Source: Mobula hypostoma (lineage: Eukaryota). Taken from it: DNA of 64,000 nt. The DNA is taken from positions 70,682,001 through 70,746,000 of the forward strand of contig NC_086097.1 of assembly GCF_963921235.1 (NCBI RefSeq). Reading direction: 5' to 3'. The position numbers were made by a program, and so were the translations under genes. A model generated the notes under the pieces. That model saw nothing but the letters and a program-made list of their open reading frames with translations, did no database searches and was not told the DNA's origin. The stretch's first letter is position 1. Each line of letters starts with the position of its first letter. Shown piece by piece: positions 60,723-64,000 of this stretch.

Positions 60723-63455
60723 TTCCTAACCTCCAGAATATGCCCCAACAGTACCTCCTCTCGGTCCTCCTGGACAAAAATAATTTTGTTCTGGTAAAGG
60801 CCAAACTTTAAGGAGGGTTGGATCAAGTAGGGTAGTTAAAGTGCCCTGCACTTCAGCCTGTCATATCCCTATGGGCATCAACATTTATGCTGTCATCCCT
60901 AATGACTACCTACAAGACTCGAAGCAGAGATTGTTCCAGAAATTTGACCGACAATCTTTAAAATGCAGCTTTGTCATTCGTATGCCTTTTGCTGCCCTCC
61001 TTGCTGGCTGATTGCGGTTTAATCACATTCTTTATCTTCTTCCCTTCATTCTCTGATAGCCACAACTCAGCGGTGGCTATCAGTGGTCAGGGGCACCAGC
61101 AAACTAATTGTATCAGGCTCACAGGCAATAGTTCGCACTCCATGCCATGACAAAAGAAGTCCAGAATCCGATAACCAGCCTCTCAGGCCCTCTCGTCGAT
61201 GTACAGGAGGTGTCTCTATTTGAATGAGTGCAAGGGCCTCACCCTGGTGGCAATCAGTTGATCACTGGCCCAACCACAGAAAGGGCCCAGCATGTTTGTA
61301 TTCACTCCCCTTTCAGGCTGGGATGACTGCCTTCAGACACTGTGTGTAATTTCTTCTCTTCCTCAGTCTGCCATGCCATCGACATTGTGGAAACTGATGT
61401 CTGTGCTGTAGCTCGGATCCCTTCCCATCTATTTTCCCCAATATCTTTCTATTCTGATCTACCTTCGAGAACCAGCTTTCATTACAAAGCACAGCTACCA
61501 TTCCACTCTTAACACGTCGTTCACAGCTCTCTCGGTGTCTTCCACATTTACGTTTATTGTGGGCCTGCTTCTGTCAGGCGTGCTCAGATCTGTTGCAGCC
61601 GGCCAGTGTTCATCACTTAGATTCTCTGCAATGACACTGCTACCGGGTAAACTTGATCCCTTGCTCTGTCTGTGAGGGCGACAAGAAGGTGAGTCACACG
61701 GTTTAATCCGAGTCTGCCACTGGCTTCCGTGTCGGGTCTGCACACAATCATAGGTGTCATTTGTCAGAAGCACCACCTGTGGTTCTAATCATCCGGGAGC
61801 AAACCTTGCCTTTTCAGGCAGCTCGCTCATCGTGACGTGAATCATCTGGGTGTGAGAGGACTATTTTCTTTCCCTCCGAATTCTCTGATCAGAAATACGT
61901 TGTTGCTGTTTTGCTCTGTCCCTCAATTCATTAATCTGAATTAATTAATCTCATCGCCATACCGTTTTAGTAAATTGGGTCCAGTAATTTCTTCCTCTTC
62001 AATTTCTGTCATCTCATGTTCTTCTGTTGCTATCTTTGCCCATTGATCTGCACTGTCATTCCCTTTCTGCATCTTACTTTCCTCTTTCTGGTGTTTCTTT
62101 ACTTTAATTGCTGCTACCTCTGCAGGCAGCTGCACTACTTCTTTCAGCTCTTTACTGTGTTTGGCCCTGACCCTTGGGACCTTCCGACATGATTCATGAT
62201 CATCGTTCCATTTCCTACCCTGCTTGGGCCTGCTATCTCTCTGTAGGCCACGTTGTCTAGTCTGTGGATCATAGATGTTCCCTGGTCCTGTCTTGTCTAT
62301 GTTATTTCTCCTTTTCCTAAATCTATGATAGCACCTGCCTTACTTTGTGTATTTATCCCCAGGTTAGAGCTCTCATTGTTTGGACACACCCAAAAATCTG
62401 CAAGCACCTGCACTCCCTCTAACTCAAGAAACTGAGGCTCACTCCTCTGCCCTCAAAATTTCACCTCCTACATTGGTAACGTAAACCTCCTCCCCAGTCA
62501 TGAGCAAGGGTAGATTGGTTATCAATACTAATGACCCTGTGTTCGCTAACACTACACATTGCTGGCCTCCCAATAAACTTCTTGTGTACATCCGTGGATG
62601 ACCACCATTGGCAATAGAGACTGCTGCTGCCATTAGTCTGACCTGGATGCTAACCTTACCGCCTCCATAATCGGGTCAGCAGGCAAATCAGAAAGAGTGA
62701 GCACTGCTGTGGATTCTGCCCACTTTGGTGAGTGATTCTCACACCTTCCCCCCCTTATTAGCCATTGTGTCCAGCCAAGAGCTGAGAGGACACAGCTGGA
62801 ACTAATAATCTCCTTTACCCTCCCACGTCTATTCCAGCATTTCCTTGCTACGTGCCCCAGTTGCTGCCACACAAAGCGAGTCCTCTGTGACTTCACATAC
62901 ACTACAGCAGCTTTACGACTTCTCTGCCCCCTCTTCTGGTCCATCTCCCCGGACCATGATGCTATTGTGGGGTAGATCAATCCCACTGCTATTTCCAAAT
63001 GGATAACTTTCTGGTGGGCTGACGTCAGGCCTTGTTCAGCTTTTTCAGGACAATCCCTCACTGGATTGTCCAGCCCTGAGTATTCCTCATATTCTCGATA
63101 TTTGCACTCTGCAAAATCCATGGCAGGTCCATCAGCTCTCTGAACCACTGACATTATGGTTCCCCAGTTACTCTCACCTCACTTCCCCATTAAAGAAGCA
63201 ATATCTCTCTTCAGTGCTGGCATTCCCGGAAGTTGTTCATGCACCATCCTGCCCTCCCTGGGAAATACTGTCCCACATGTTCACCGAGCACATTGCTTTT
63301 ACCAGCACATGTGTATTTTTGGGGTGCATCTGATGAATTTCAATCGTTTGCTCGAGCTTGCGCCAGAACTTTGTATTCCTGGAGGCAACATTAAGTGAGG
63401 GTAGCTCTGACAAATTGCTCTGTTTCTCCCCAGTGGTGAAGGGTTTATAGAATTC
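60723..63455 (-). mobile_element. Internally deleted endogenous-retrovirus-like element: gag CA/NC, protease, RNase H C-terminus, IN C-terminus, unknown 3' region
   Basis: YKPFTTGEKQSNLSELPSL (CA N-term-like, ~63450-63395); NWGTIMSVVQRADGPAMDFAECKYREYEEYSGL (MHR-like); QLGHVARKC (Zn-knuckle remnant); VLANTGS...FWVCP..SNLG (protease); QLPAEVAAIKVKKHQK....KGNDSADQWAKIA (retroviral-type RH); FAPG*LEPQVVLLTNDT...W.TRIKP (IN C-term). Confidence 0.75.
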
Positions 63456-63469
63456 ATTTTTCTGAATTC

Positions 63470-64000
63470 CATGAATATAGGCCCAGAACCATCAAACGCC
63501 GTTCATATGACAAGCTATCCAATCCTGGAATCATTTTTGTGAACCTTCTTTAAACCCTCTCCAGTTTCAGCACATCCTTTCAAAGATAAGGGGCCCAAAA
63601 CTGCTCACAATACTCCAAGGGAGGCCTCACCTGTGCTTTATAAAGACTCAGCATTACATCCTTGCTTTTATATTCTAGTCCTCTTGAAATGAAAGCTGTC
63701 ATCGTATTTACCTTCCTCACCACAGTCTCAACCTGCAAATGAACTTTCAGGGAATCCTGCACAAGGACTCCCAAATCCCTTTGCTCCTATGTTTTTTTGT
63801 ATTTTCTCTTCATTTAGAAAATAGACAGCCCTTCCATTTCTTCTACCAAAGTGTATTCCCAACACTGTATTCAATCTGCAAACTTTGCAACAAAGCCATC
63901 AATTCCATCATCTAAATCATTGACAAATAATATAAAAAGAATTGGCCCCAACACAGGTGCCTGTGAAACACCACTAGTCACCGGCAACCAACCAGAAAAA
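63470..64000 (-). mobile_element. CR1 LINE fragment, runs off the window
   Basis: ORF 63580-63774 AFISRGLEYKSKDVMLSLYKAQVRPPLEYCEQFWAPYL; reverse VTSGVSQAPVLGP at the window end. Confidence 0.88.

Larger units (their letters stand above)
18097..64000 (+). other. PRKD1: PRKD1 intron 1 (continues beyond the window)
   Basis: GT donor at 18097; the expected exon 2 peptide (FPECGFYG...) was not found by eye; a very long first intron is consistent with human PRKD1. Confidence 0.75.

Overview
Vertebrate genomic DNA, most likely from a cartilaginous fish (probably a ray), judged from the repeat families present: CR1, Rex1/Babar, V-SINE/HE1-like, Deu-SINE and Penelope-type palindromic repeats. The only host gene I can support is PRKD1 (protein kinase D1): a CpG-rich promoter, coding exon 1 (17899-18096, +, ending ...[11 protein letters not shown]) and the first ~46 kb of intron 1. 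I could not find exon 2 in the window. Most of the remainder is decayed and often nested transposable elements: CR1, Rex1, RTE and Tx1 LINEs; tRNA-derived SINEs; Tc1 and hAT DNA transposons; a full-length decayed Mag-type Gypsy; three solo LTRs. The most notable items are (i) an internally deleted retrovirus-like element at 60268-63455 (-) with capsid/MHR, protease, retroviral-type RNase H and integrase C-terminal remnants, (ii) degenerate minimal hammerhead-ribozyme motifs in a Penelope-type repeat, one copy of which carries a Tx1 LINE insertion with a perfect TSD, (iii) a MER1/Charlie3-like hAT element and (iv) a three-TIR Tc1 derivative. All family assignments come from motif recognition by eye; no database searches were run. 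Boundaries without a stated TSD or TIR are approximate.
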